Positions 9,726-18,239 of a DNA stretch of 64,000 nucleotides are shown here, in pieces (within the stretch, counting starts at the first letter, position 1; each line of letters begins with the position of its first letter). The notes beneath the pieces are model-generated. The model searched no databases. It was not told the origin of the DNA and saw only the letters and a list, made by a program, of their open reading frames with translations. Origin of the DNA: Parcubacteria group bacterium Gr01-1014_8 (GTDB taxonomy: Bacteria; Patescibacteriota; Minisyncoccia; Phycocordibacterales; UBA2100); NCBI GenBank assembly GCA_007376385.1, contig VMGC01000004.1, positions 1 through 64,000 on the forward strand, read 5' to 3'. The position numbers were made by a program, and so were the translations under genes.

Positions 9726-10760
9726 TTATCGGAGTCGATTGAAAAGGTCTCTCAATAGATCACGAATGTCGTCACTGTCGCCGTTGATATTCGTTGTATT
9801 TGTCGTGTTGGTGGTCGTTGCGCTCGAAGACGCGTTGCCAGTCGTTACTGTGCCTCCCTGACCGGGCAGGCCGCCTCCTGCCGTATTGCCTCCTGTGTTT
9901 GAGCTCGATGTAGTTATCGAATTGACCGTGCCATTGTTTACGATGGTGATGTTAATGGGACCATTACAGCTTGGGCACGGCGGCTCAACTGGAGGATAGC
10001 CGCCGCAGATGAACTTTGGCTTAAGTTGCGCCATCTCTGCGCGGATAGAAACATCCACGCTAAAGGAATCTGTCTGCGCTTCGTTGCCGAGTGCGTTAGC
10101 GTCGCAGTTGAAGGAGCCGTTTTGTTGAACTGTCAGGTCTCCTGCGCACCAGCACATGCCGACATATCGCTTGGTATTGAGACGGCACATACTGCCGCGC
10201 GAATCCGCTATGGCGTACGTCGTTGATGCAAACACATACGAAGCCGCCTGCGTCGATGTGCCGAATATCGGCTTCTCGTTTGGCGGTTCATATTTACCAT
10301 CGCCATCATCCATCCAGCCAAAAAATTCTGTTCCATCCGCTAATTCTGCTCCTGCCGCGCCATCTTCATGTCCTTCCGGTTCGTTTACACCGTTCTCGTT
10401 TTCCTGAAGATTTTTGAAATCGAGACACATCCAGGCATTTGCATTCTTTACATGCATTGAGATCACGTTACAGCCAAAGTCGCCAGGCTTAATGTCGTCA
10501 AAATTGAAGAATTTATCTGCACCGGGGACGAGATTTTTCAGCGCCCACGTTGCAGAGGGGACAAGTACGCCGTTATAGAACGCTTGGCTGTCTATCTTTA
10601 AGTCTATTCCGTGCGTCGCGAAAGTTACGCCCGGCTCATTTCCGCGTACGACGTAAGCGACACCAACTACGGCAAACACCCCCGCCACGATGAGGGTGCG
10701 TGCCATTATCTTAGTTAGTGCCGCTGTTTGTGTCATACCATGCATTTCGTTCAACCACAC
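9726..10760 (-). CDS. TasA/camelysin-like SipW-dependent secreted protein, paralog 4 (divergent N-terminus)
   Basis: Shares the family motifs GIDLKID near the N-terminus and the C-terminal CDANALGNEAQTDSF...RAEMAQ...FICG with the three upstream paralogs. The start is uncertain; alternative Met codons are at 10736 and 10706. Confidence 0.6.
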   Translation of the reverse strand: MWLNEMHGMTQTAALTKIMARTLIVAGVFAVVGVAYVVRGNEPGVTFATHGIDLKIDSQAFYNGVLVPSATWALKNLVPGADKFFNFDDIKPGDFGCNVISMHVKNANAWMCLDFKNLQENENGVNEPEGHEDGAAGAELADGTEFFGWMDDGDGKYEPPNEKPIFGTSTQAASYVFASTTYAIADSRGSMCRLNTKRYVGMCWCAGDLTVQQNGSFNCDANALGNEAQTDSFSVDVSIRAEMAQLKPKFICGGYPPVEPPCPSCNGPINITIVNNGTVNSITTSSSNTGGNTAGGGLPGQGGTVTTGNASSSATTTNTTNTTNINGDSDDIRDLLRDLFNRLR

Positions 10761-10775
10761 TCCAGAGCGAATTTA

Positions 10776-10830
10776 TTCGCCCAGCTCCAGTTTCGTGCGC
10801 ACGTAACTGTCGAAACTGGAGCTGGGCAGG
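10776..10830. promoter_or_regulatory. intercistronic stem-loop (16-bp perfect stem, 15-nt loop) between paralog 3 and paralog 4
   Basis: cccagctccagtttcg ... cgaaactggagctggg are exact reverse complements; no obvious U-tract on the minus strand. Candidate transcript-processing or attenuation element. Confidence 0.5.
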
Positions 10831-10836
10831 CCGAAG

Positions 10837-12057
10837 TTAATCTTGGATGCCGTCACCAACCTCGTTGTTCAGAATGTTGCAGGTGAGATTGTCGCTCGGG
10901 TTCAAGGTGAATGGGGATGACGTACCGACGTTGACGCTGTTCGTGCAAGCGCCGCTGAATGTCACGGTGAAAGTCTTTCCGCCGACATTACCTGTTACCT
11001 GCTCATACGCGGTATACGAACCGCTCGGCAGGCCTGGCACCGGCACTTCGTCGGTCACTACCTGGTCGCCACCCGGGCCGACTATGTGCAGCGTGAAGTC
11101 GGCAACTTCGATACCTACTGTTGAAACGAGGAGTGCCTTGTTGACGGTAAGAGTACCGGTTGTCACCTCCGGTGGATTGCAGAGGAAGCCTTCATTGTGT
11201 CGCGCTTGTTCTGCTCTGAATGCAAGCGTGAGTTCAGCCATGTCAGTTTGCGTCTCGTTGCCAAGCGCGGTTCCGTCACAAAGTACGCTGTTAGGTCGTA
11301 CTTGCGGGCCTGTATCAGCGTCATCAGGCAAGCCAGGGGTCGTCAAGGTTCCAAAGCACCACGCTTTCGCGATATAGACGGTCTCATTTGCGGGAAGCGG
11401 CGAGTCTCCTCCCCACGCGTTTCCATTTGAGTCGGCAAGGGTGATGGAGAAGGCGCCGGTCGTCGTAGCAAGGTCAGTGAGTGTCTTTACGCCTCCCGAG
11501 AGGCCTTGTTCGCCAGTTTCGTACACGTTGTCACCGTCGTCAGCCCACCAGAAGAATTGGAGTGCATCTGCAAGCTCACCGTCCCACGCATCAAGCGGGT
11601 TTTCCTGCGCATCCACCTGGCCTTCAGGCTCAGTGGTCGAGACATCGTCATCCGATGTAAGCGTCAAGTCCATACATGCCCACGCATCGTTCTGAACGTG
11701 AATAGAGATGGTGTCCTCGCCCTCATCATCCGGCTTCAAGTCAGTGAAGTTGAAAAAGAGAAGACCGTCGTCGAGGTCCGAAAGAGGGAAGCTCGTGTCG
11801 CACGGCGAGCCTGGGAGTGGGAACGGAAACTGCCCCTGCCAATAGAATCCCGGCGTCGTCGTCGCTTGCTCGCCAAGGAATGTGCAGCGATTCCCATTGT
11901 AATAACTGTCATTATCAATCTTCAAATCAATCGCTCCCGCAGCAAACGTGTTGCCAGTGGACGTCTCTGTGTCGGAAAAGAACGCGCCGGTCATTCCCGC
12001 TCCTATCGCAGCCGCCGCTCCCGCGACAACGATGAGCCCAAATATGATTCGTGGCAT
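10837..12057 (-). CDS. TasA/camelysin-like SipW-dependent secreted protein, paralog 3 (406 aa)
   Basis: N-terminus MPRIIFGLIVVAGAAAAIGAGMTGAFFSDTETSTGNTFAAGAIDLKID matches the SipW-cognate class signal region (AFFSDTETSxGN). Conserved C-terminal CDGTALGNETQTD...FRAEQARHN...FLC. Confidence 0.7.
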   Translation of the reverse strand: MPRIIFGLIVVAGAAAAIGAGMTGAFFSDTETSTGNTFAAGAIDLKIDNDSYYNGNRCTFLGEQATTTPGFYWQGQFPFPLPGSPCDTSFPLSDLDDGLLFFNFTDLKPDDEGEDTISIHVQNDAWACMDLTLTSDDDVSTTEPEGQVDAQENPLDAWDGELADALQFFWWADDGDNVYETGEQGLSGGVKTLTDLATTTGAFSITLADSNGNAWGGDSPLPANETVYIAKAWCFGTLTTPGLPDDADTGPQVRPNSVLCDGTALGNETQTDMAELTLAFRAEQARHNEGFLCNPPEVTTGTLTVNKALLVSTVGIEVADFTLHIVGPGGDQVVTDEVPVPGLPSGSYTAYEQVTGNVGGKTFTVTFSGACTNSVNVGTSSPFTLNPSDNLTCNILNNEVGDGIQD

Positions 12058-12220
12058 ATTGTTTATTAATTAATCGCCAGTTTCCCACTGGTTAATAATG
12101 TTGCTAATAACGTAAAGAACTTTGCTGTGCCGTGCCCCGTGAGATGGCTTCGCCTATCTCATGGGGTTTCCCGTACAGCCTCCCGAGCACGACTTTCATG
12201 CTCGGAGTGGCTAGAAAGGA

Positions 12221-13513
12221 CTAAGTTGGATCTGGCGGCGGCGCATCTCCCGGATCGCACAGAAAATTCGGATTATGCCGCACTTGTTCCGCGCGGAACA
12301 CGATGTCGGCGGTCAACGAATCCGTCTGCGCTTCGTTACCCATCGTGCTGCCATCGCACGTGATAACGCCCGTCAGACCGTCAACAATTTGCACTCCTGC
12401 GCACCACGCAGAGCCGATGTACTCTGTCGTACTCGCAACGAGTGCGCCATTTCCTGTCGTAGAGTCGTGAAGCGGGAGCGTAATGCCGTTCCCGAAGAGT
12501 CCTGATGAGAGAGACGTCTCCGTCGGCGGTTCATACACGCCGTCTCCATCGTCATTCCACAGGAAGAGATTGAGATAGTTGCCAAGCTCTCCGAGCGGGC
12601 TGTTGTTCAAATCCACGAGACTCGCGGCGTTGCATTCCGCGTCCGGTACGAGCGCGTCTGATTCCGGTTCGGTGCAGGTGTTGTCGTCGTTCTCCACATT
12701 CGTGATGTCCATGCACGCCCAGCCGTCGTTGGTGCCGACATGCAAACTGAATACATCGCGCCCGTCGTCGCCCGGCTTTACGTCGGTGAAATTCCAGAAC
12801 GGCTCGCCCGTGAGATCAATGGGGTCAACAAAGATTCCATCGCCATCAACGACGAGTTTGAAGAGAAGCCCCGCGGGATTAAACGTTGGGTCGCCTCCGC
12901 CTCCACCAGGGTTCGTTACAACTGCGGTAAGTGTATTTGGGCCCTGCACGAAATCCGCCGCTGGTACGACGTACACGTCTTCTGCAGCAGAGGTGAAATT
13001 ACTTGCCGCAAATTCGCTACCGATCGCATTGCCGTTCAGAGAAACAGAATAGAAGTTATCCGCGGCAATGTAGAGCGTCGCGCCGACGATCGGCCCATTC
13101 ACGTTGAACGTCCGAGTGAACGTATTTGTCTGCGTAACGCTCGCGTCCGATGGGCCATCAGCAGCCCAGATCCAGAACGAGCCATCGTTCGCGCCATCAT
13201 TTGGTGGTCCCGCAACATGCCCGCCATCCAAATCCGCAGTCCACGACGGATGAATGAACGTAACCGCAACGGCATTTCCCGCGCCGTCGTCTCCTGTGAA
13301 TGTCGTTAGTGTGTCGCTCACGATGGTAAAGTCCTCGCCGTTTGGTTCGCCGTTGTACGTTGAAAGGGAATGGTCGATCTTGAGGTCAATCGAGCCGGCG
13401 GTGAAGATATTTCCCGCCGAAGTTTCGGTGTCAGAAAAGAAAGCACCCGTTGCTCCCGCTACTGCTCCGCCGATGAAGATGATCATACCGAGTCCCAGTA
13501 ATATTCGTCGCAT
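12221..13513 (-). CDS. TasA/camelysin-like SipW-dependent secreted protein, paralog 2 (430 aa)
   Basis: MRRILLGLGMIIFIGGAVAGATGAFFSDTETSAGNIFTAGSIDLKID; C-terminal CDGSTMGNEAQTD...FRAEQVRHN...FLC. Confidence 0.7.
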   Translation of the reverse strand: MRRILLGLGMIIFIGGAVAGATGAFFSDTETSAGNIFTAGSIDLKIDHSLSTYNGEPNGEDFTIVSDTLTTFTGDDGAGNAVAVTFIHPSWTADLDGGHVAGPPNDGANDGSFWIWAADGPSDASVTQTNTFTRTFNVNGPIVGATLYIAADNFYSVSLNGNAIGSEFAASNFTSAAEDVYVVPAADFVQGPNTLTAVVTNPGGGGGDPTFNPAGLLFKLVVDGDGIFVDPIDLTGEPFWNFTDVKPGDDGRDVFSLHVGTNDGWACMDITNVENDDNTCTEPESDALVPDAECNAASLVDLNNSPLGELGNYLNLFLWNDDGDGVYEPPTETSLSSGLFGNGITLPLHDSTTGNGALVASTTEYIGSAWCAGVQIVDGLTGVITCDGSTMGNEAQTDSLTADIVFRAEQVRHNPNFLCDPGDAPPPDPT

Positions 13514-13696
13514 AGTATCTATGCGCCGGTTTCCCTATATTAGTTAGCTGTTCTAAAAACGTTGCTGTTCACTGAACAGCCCCTCCAGTCGCAGGTTCGC
13601 CAAGGCGACTCCTTGAGATCCCCAAGGTGTCGCCTTGTGCATCGGCGAGCTGCGGCTGGATTCGGCTATCCACGAACCATCTAATTTCGTAGAGAA

Positions 13697-14596
13697 CTAG
13701 GAAGCTGGTACAGGTGTTACCCAAGATGGAACGTAGTCTGTCTCACACTGGAAGTCAGCGTTATTTCGAGATTGCTCCGCATAGAACTCGAGATCGCCAA
13801 TGACTCTGTCAGTTTGAGCTGCGTTATCAACTCCTGTTCCGTCGCAGTTCCAACCGGTTCCGAGGGTAGTCGGATTACCCGTGTTGACGCCATCTTGGAC
13901 GAGGGCATCGGGCGTCATTGCACCGAAGCACCAAGCCTTACCGATGTAGTTCGTTGATCCGCCAGGAACCCCGGCGCTACCGAAGGGACCTCCGGAAGCG
14001 TCAGAAAGAGCGATTTGACCTTGTGAGTCCAATCCGCTGATTGGACCGCTCAAAAAGACGGTTTCTGGTGATCCGCCTGTGCCTGCGACTGGCTCGAAGA
14101 CGTTGTCTCCGTCGTCCACCCAGAACGCGAAGTTGACTTGCTCGTCCAACTCACCGAGACCTGGACCCGGCTCTGCACAATTTGCGTCATCATCACCTTC
14201 CGGTTCCGTACAGGTATTATCTTCGTCTGTTGTTACTTGCGCCGCTGCGCACAGCCAAGCGTTGTTGCTACCGACGTGAATGGAGATTGTGTCCTCACCA
14301 AGGTCTCCCGGTTTCAGATCAATGAAATCGAAGAACTTCTCAATAGTTAGGTCAGTTAAATCCCACGAGGTGGCAGCCCACGCGACCATATTGTCGGGGC
14401 CTGATCCTTGTGTAGAAGTAGCGGTGATGTAGCTGTCATTATCGATCTGTAAATCAATATCTCCCGCCGCAAACGTGTTGCCAGTAGATGTTTCTGTGTC
14501 GTTGAAAAAAGCGCCCGTGGCTCCCGCCGCGACCGCCCCCACAAACACGATCATCCCCAAACTTATGAGAATTCTTTGTACTGATAGTAATTGCAT
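13697..14596 (-). CDS. TasA/camelysin-like SipW-dependent secreted protein, paralog 1 (299 aa; first gene of the cluster)
   Basis: MQLLSVQRILISLGMIVFVGAVAAGATGAFFNDTETSTGNTFAAGDIDLQID; C-terminal CDGTGVDNAAQTD...FYAEQSRNN...FQC. Confidence 0.7.
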   Translation of the reverse strand: MQLLSVQRILISLGMIVFVGAVAAGATGAFFNDTETSTGNTFAAGDIDLQIDNDSYITATSTQGSGPDNMVAWAATSWDLTDLTIEKFFDFIDLKPGDLGEDTISIHVGSNNAWLCAAAQVTTDEDNTCTEPEGDDDANCAEPGPGLGELDEQVNFAFWVDDGDNVFEPVAGTGGSPETVFLSGPISGLDSQGQIALSDASGGPFGSAGVPGGSTNYIGKAWCFGAMTPDALVQDGVNTGNPTTLGTGWNCDGTGVDNAAQTDRVIGDLEFYAEQSRNNADFQCETDYVPSWVTPVPAS

Positions 14597-14624
14597 ATTA
14601 TTTTTTTATTATTGATTTTTTATA

Positions 14625-14680
14625 TTTGGAGTTACGAACTCCAAACGTGCCAGATATTTGGACTTACGAACTCCAAACGT
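14625..14680. promoter_or_regulatory. two tandem palindromic boxes (24 nt each, 32-nt period) upstream of the TasA-like cluster
   Basis: tttggaGttacgaactccaaacgt (14625-14648) and tttggaCttacgaactccaaacgt (14657-14680); each has tttggag/ctccaaa inverted arms. They lie 30-85 nt upstream of the minus-strand start at 14596, beside an AT-rich stretch. Confidence 0.45.
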
Positions 14681-14825
14681 CTGTTTGGTAATTTCTTGCG
14701 TCGTTCGGAAGATCGACCACTCCGATCTCGCGATTGTTTGTACTGCTTCCTTCAGTCCACAAGCACCATGTTACCCAAGGACCTTCTCGTTTCCCGAAAG
14801 AAGAACGAAGCAGTAATTTGAATCG

Positions 14826-14945
14826 CGAGGACCTATCTGCGTGTTACCGCACAGGCAGACGCCTTTTTAACGGGGGTTACCCGGCTGGCTCCTCGGCTCG
14901 GAAATGAAAATGAATACACTTTCATTTCGCTCGCTCTATGTCGCC
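14826..14945 (+). repeat. copy A of a ~120-nt repeated structured element (candidate ncRNA)
   Basis: Shares tctgcgtg..cgcacaggcagac, a ttttaa box, gctcggaaatga.aa and tttcatttcgctcgct with copy B at 40611-40735. Contains hairpin gaaatgaaa/tttcatttc. Confidence 0.45.
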
Positions 14946-15243
14946 AGACAAGCGCAACGCGCTGGGCGAGTTAGGTCCGATGCGACAAGCGCATCAGACC
15001 TGCACGACCAACAGACAAACTGTAACGCCTTCATGATGTGGGTCTCATGAAGAAAAAATGGGTTTTCCGTGGATAACTCTTGTATAAGTGTGTGAATTGG
15101 CTCTGTATAACGATAGGGAAATCGTGTGGACAAACCTGTGGATTTATTTTCCATTGCAAACAATGCGCAGGGCGCTACGCGCCCTCTGCCCCTGTCAAGT
15201 CTTTTCTCTTTTCAGTATACCGTGGCACATCTGTCAACCGCCG

Positions 15244-15279
15244 ATACCATAATGGTGCCGACCGGCACCATTATGGTAT
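15244..15279. promoter_or_regulatory. perfect 17+2+17 bp palindrome
   Basis: ataccataatggtgccg-ac-cggcaccattatggtat. Its core tggtgccgaccggcac recurs at 15981-15996 on the other side of the PaaX-like gene. Confidence 0.45.
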
Positions 15280-15377
15280 GTTGCATATTTCACAAAAATA
15301 ACAAAAAAAGATGAAACAAGAAGAAAAAAAGAGGAGCAAGAAAGAAGCAGAGGGGATGGCAACCGAGATGACAACGA

Positions 15378-15959
15378 TTACGAGAGAGGCAATTTGAAAT
15401 GCACGCGGAATTTTCTGTCGTTCTCAATACTTTGAGCGATAAGATACACTACGCTTGGACCCAGCTTCAGCTCCGTGCGAATAAAGGATATGAATTCTTC
15501 GCATGGGTGGGGGAATATCCATACGCTTTCCTGCAATTTCACAAAACCGATTTTCTGCAGCATTTTTCGCAGTTGTACCCTTTGGCGGCGTCTCTTTTCC
15601 CAAATATCGAATATGACCACGCGCCACAAACCATCCCATTTTCGCGGGATTTGAGGTTGGATCGCTTCGGCCTGCTGGAGGCGTCCCATCTCTCGTTTTC
15701 CGCGCTCGGTAAGGGCGAATTTCCCATCGACTTTCCGCACAAAACCCTTGTCTTCTAGGCGCCCTAAGGCCTGTCGCATCCTGTGAGAAGCATTGCGCCG
15801 TCGGTTAAAATCAGGGTCGATGTGCTTCAACAATCTGGCTGCATTCGGTGCCATCAGGACGAACGTGAGTGCTGCCGCCCCAAATAGGGTCATCAGCATT
15901 GCATCCTGTATCTTTAGGCGCCTGTTATGTGCTTTCGCTTTTATTTCATGCTGTCCCAT
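15378..15959 (-). CDS. PaaX-like winged-helix transcriptional regulator
   Basis: N-terminal wHTH-like region plus a C-terminal WDGLWRVVIFDIWEKRRRQRVQLRKMLQKIGFVKLQESVWIFP segment resembling the PaaX C-terminal domain (W-G-W...R..LR..L...GF..L...VW..P). Confidence 0.5.
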   Translation of the reverse strand: MGQHEIKAKAHNRRLKIQDAMLMTLFGAAALTFVLMAPNAARLLKHIDPDFNRRRNASHRMRQALGRLEDKGFVRKVDGKFALTERGKREMGRLQQAEAIQPQIPRKWDGLWRVVIFDIWEKRRRQRVQLRKMLQKIGFVKLQESVWIFPHPCEEFISFIRTELKLGPSVVYLIAQSIENDRKFRVHFKLPLS

Positions 15960-15973
15960 ATCGAACTCAATTG

Positions 15974-16007
15974 TACCTTAGTGGTGCCGACCGGCACACG
16001 TAAGGTA
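15974..16007. promoter_or_regulatory. imperfect palindrome related to the 15244-15279 palindrome, in the divergent promoter region
   Basis: tacctta-gtggtgccgaccggcacacg-taaggta has outer 7-bp perfect arms and the shared core ggtgccgaccggcac. It lies between the PaaX-like start (15959) and the 16108 gene. Confidence 0.4.
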
Positions 16008-16107
16008 TGAGGAATATAGGATACTTACTATATGTATTGAGTGAAAAAACAAAGACACGCAATAAACAATAAACGCTGCCACGCTCAGGCTTCTTGGCGG
16101 ATAGTTC

Positions 16108-17463
16108 GTGCGTGATACGATTTCATATATGTCAGAGCCGAAGAAACCCGCAGCGTTAATACAGTCGCAATCAGGCCGACTGAATTGGGAGAGGATCGAA
16201 TCAGACGAGAATGTGCGCGCAGTTCTTATCCAAACATTCTCGCTCGGCGGAAATACGGATGACGCGGTGAATTTTCTGTCAAAAATCGGATGTACTGTGC
16301 CGGTCGAAAAATTGAAAGGGCGTTTGGATGTCGTGGGTGGCAAGCCAAAATATATCACTGCGTTACGAGCTACTCCGCCTTCGCCGGATGTAATGGAGCG
16401 GCGTCGGAACGAAGTTCAGACGCACTTGCTTCTTCTAGACCACGTGCGCTCCAGAGTGTGGTGTTTCGTCACGAATACGAGGGCTGCCGCGGTATACATG
16501 CTCAAAAAGGGCGAAATTGCGGGGGATATTGCGCGCGTCGTCTCGCGACAATTACAAATGACGCCGGAGATAGATGAGATCACGATAATACATCTGACGA
16601 AACGCGCGGGGGGCCCGGATGCGTTTGCGGCGCGCCTCCAACAAGGGAACCCTCCATTTACCGAGCCCCTCTCCGATGCAGAGCTCGCGCAGGGCAAAAA
16701 AGACGTGGAATATTATCTCCCAATAGCCAGGTCCAGAATGCGTGAAAGAGCCGAGTGGATGAAAACTGATGAGACTCGCGCATTCGTTCTTGCACTCGTC
16801 GCGGACCGCAATGTATCCGTGTTCATGATCGAATGGGCGCTGAAGAAAAAATTTGGGATGGAGCTCGGCTACAGCGGTCTATGGGACCGGATACAAAATG
16901 AGAAGGGCGATATTCTCGAAGAGAAGCGTGCGAACTTCGTCGAAGCACGCAAAGTCGGACTTGATGACGAAGAATTGAACGAACAGATGAGGGGACTCGC
17001 CGCCGAGGCTCAAAATGAATATTTCGGATATTTGCAGAACATGCATCGAAGAAAAGGCGAGCTCGCAAATATCTCAATAAACCGGAAGAAGGATATTGAT
17101 GCGCGGTCATCGTTTGAGCCGCTCCAGGCACTTGCAGAAGCGATCCGCATTCGCTCGACCCAGCTGGGGGCAACGGAGCCCCCGGCGAGCGTCACACTAC
17201 GTTATACAAATACGCCCGGAGATAAAAGGGCGGTTCCGACTCTATTTGTCGGCGTAAATGAGACTGACCCGGATGTTTCGCGGCTTTTACATTCGTACGT
17301 GCGTAAAGAGCTGCTTGAAATGCAGGCGGGATATGAAGGCATATTGCAAAGGGCGCTGACGTCAAATAAGGGCGAACCTTTTGGGCGAGCGATGCTCCGG
17401 GGCCCGAATCAGAATGATTTTGAAGTATTTTCGTTTAGCTCGAACGGACAGAACGGCCGCTGA
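16108..17463 (+). CDS. hypothetical protein (451 aa), cytoplasmic
   Basis: Long ORF with no recognized catalytic motif; divergent from the PaaX-like regulator. Confidence 0.45.
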   Translation: MRDTISYMSEPKKPAALIQSQSGRLNWERIESDENVRAVLIQTFSLGGNTDDAVNFLSKIGCTVPVEKLKGRLDVVGGKPKYITALRATPPSPDVMERRRNEVQTHLLLLDHVRSRVWCFVTNTRAAAVYMLKKGEIAGDIARVVSRQLQMTPEIDEITIIHLTKRAGGPDAFAARLQQGNPPFTEPLSDAELAQGKKDVEYYLPIARSRMRERAEWMKTDETRAFVLALVADRNVSVFMIEWALKKKFGMELGYSGLWDRIQNEKGDILEEKRANFVEARKVGLDDEELNEQMRGLAAEAQNEYFGYLQNMHRRKGELANISINRKKDIDARSSFEPLQALAEAIRIRSTQLGATEPPASVTLRYTNTPGDKRAVPTLFVGVNETDPDVSRLLHSYVRKELLEMQAGYEGILQRALTSNKGEPFGRAMLRGPNQNDFEVFSFSSNGQNGR

Positions 17464-17484
17464 CCTCATGATACGATTTCACCG

Positions 17485-18234
17485 ATGCCATTGAACCACG
17501 TTAGGCCGGATAATTCGGAAGGGAGAGATATTAAAGGGGCGCGCGTTGGAACGCTGACGCTGGGTGAGATAGCAGGAATTAAAGACAAAGCGGTCGACGA
17601 GCGGCTGGCGTCGTATGGACTCGACCCGGCAAAAATCGCCGCGGCTCCGGCAAGCTCGTACGCCTCCGACGAGGCACGAACATTGATGATAAAGAGGTTC
17701 GCGATCGCGCGTCTCGAAGGGCATCGGGAAGAAGAAATACAAGATTCCTTGCGCGTTGAAGTTCCTATGGGCTGGAAAGGAAGGGAAACCGGTTTTCCGA
17801 CCTATCATCTGCGCTCACTGTTTTCTGAAGACGTGAAGCACAAGATCAAAGAACACGAGGAGTTTTGCATTTCCGCTGCTGCTTTAAAGGGCGACGAGCA
17901 GATCCGGGAACTCATGGCAGTCATAAAAAAGATAACGTTCTCACACGGAAAAGCGGGGCTCGCGGCGGAACAATTCTTTAAAAGTATGGTTCGATTGCCT
18001 CCTTACGAGGGCCCCAAAGTGCATGCGAAAGAGGTCATAGACCTGCATAGTTTTCTTGTTGCGTACATACTTGCAATGGGTTCTCTGACGAATGTGAATA
18101 TTGCGTCGAAGCTAAATGCGCATAAGCCGCTCTCGGCAACGAATGTGAACAATGCGTTCCATCGGTACCTTTCAGATGAAGCGTGGGGGCGTCTTCCGAC
18201 GCGAGTCGGCGGGGACTATACGAGCGAGCAGTGA
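17485..18234 (+). CDS. hypothetical protein (249 aa)
   Basis: ORF 22 nt downstream of the previous gene, likely co-transcribed; no recognized motif. Confidence 0.45.
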   Translation: MPLNHVRPDNSEGRDIKGARVGTLTLGEIAGIKDKAVDERLASYGLDPAKIAAAPASSYASDEARTLMIKRFAIARLEGHREEEIQDSLRVEVPMGWKGRETGFPTYHLRSLFSEDVKHKIKEHEEFCISAAALKGDEQIRELMAVIKKITFSHGKAGLAAEQFFKSMVRLPPYEGPKVHAKEVIDLHSFLVAYILAMGSLTNVNIASKLNAHKPLSATNVNNAFHRYLSDEAWGRLPTRVGGDYTSEQ

Positions 18235-18239
18235 TACTA

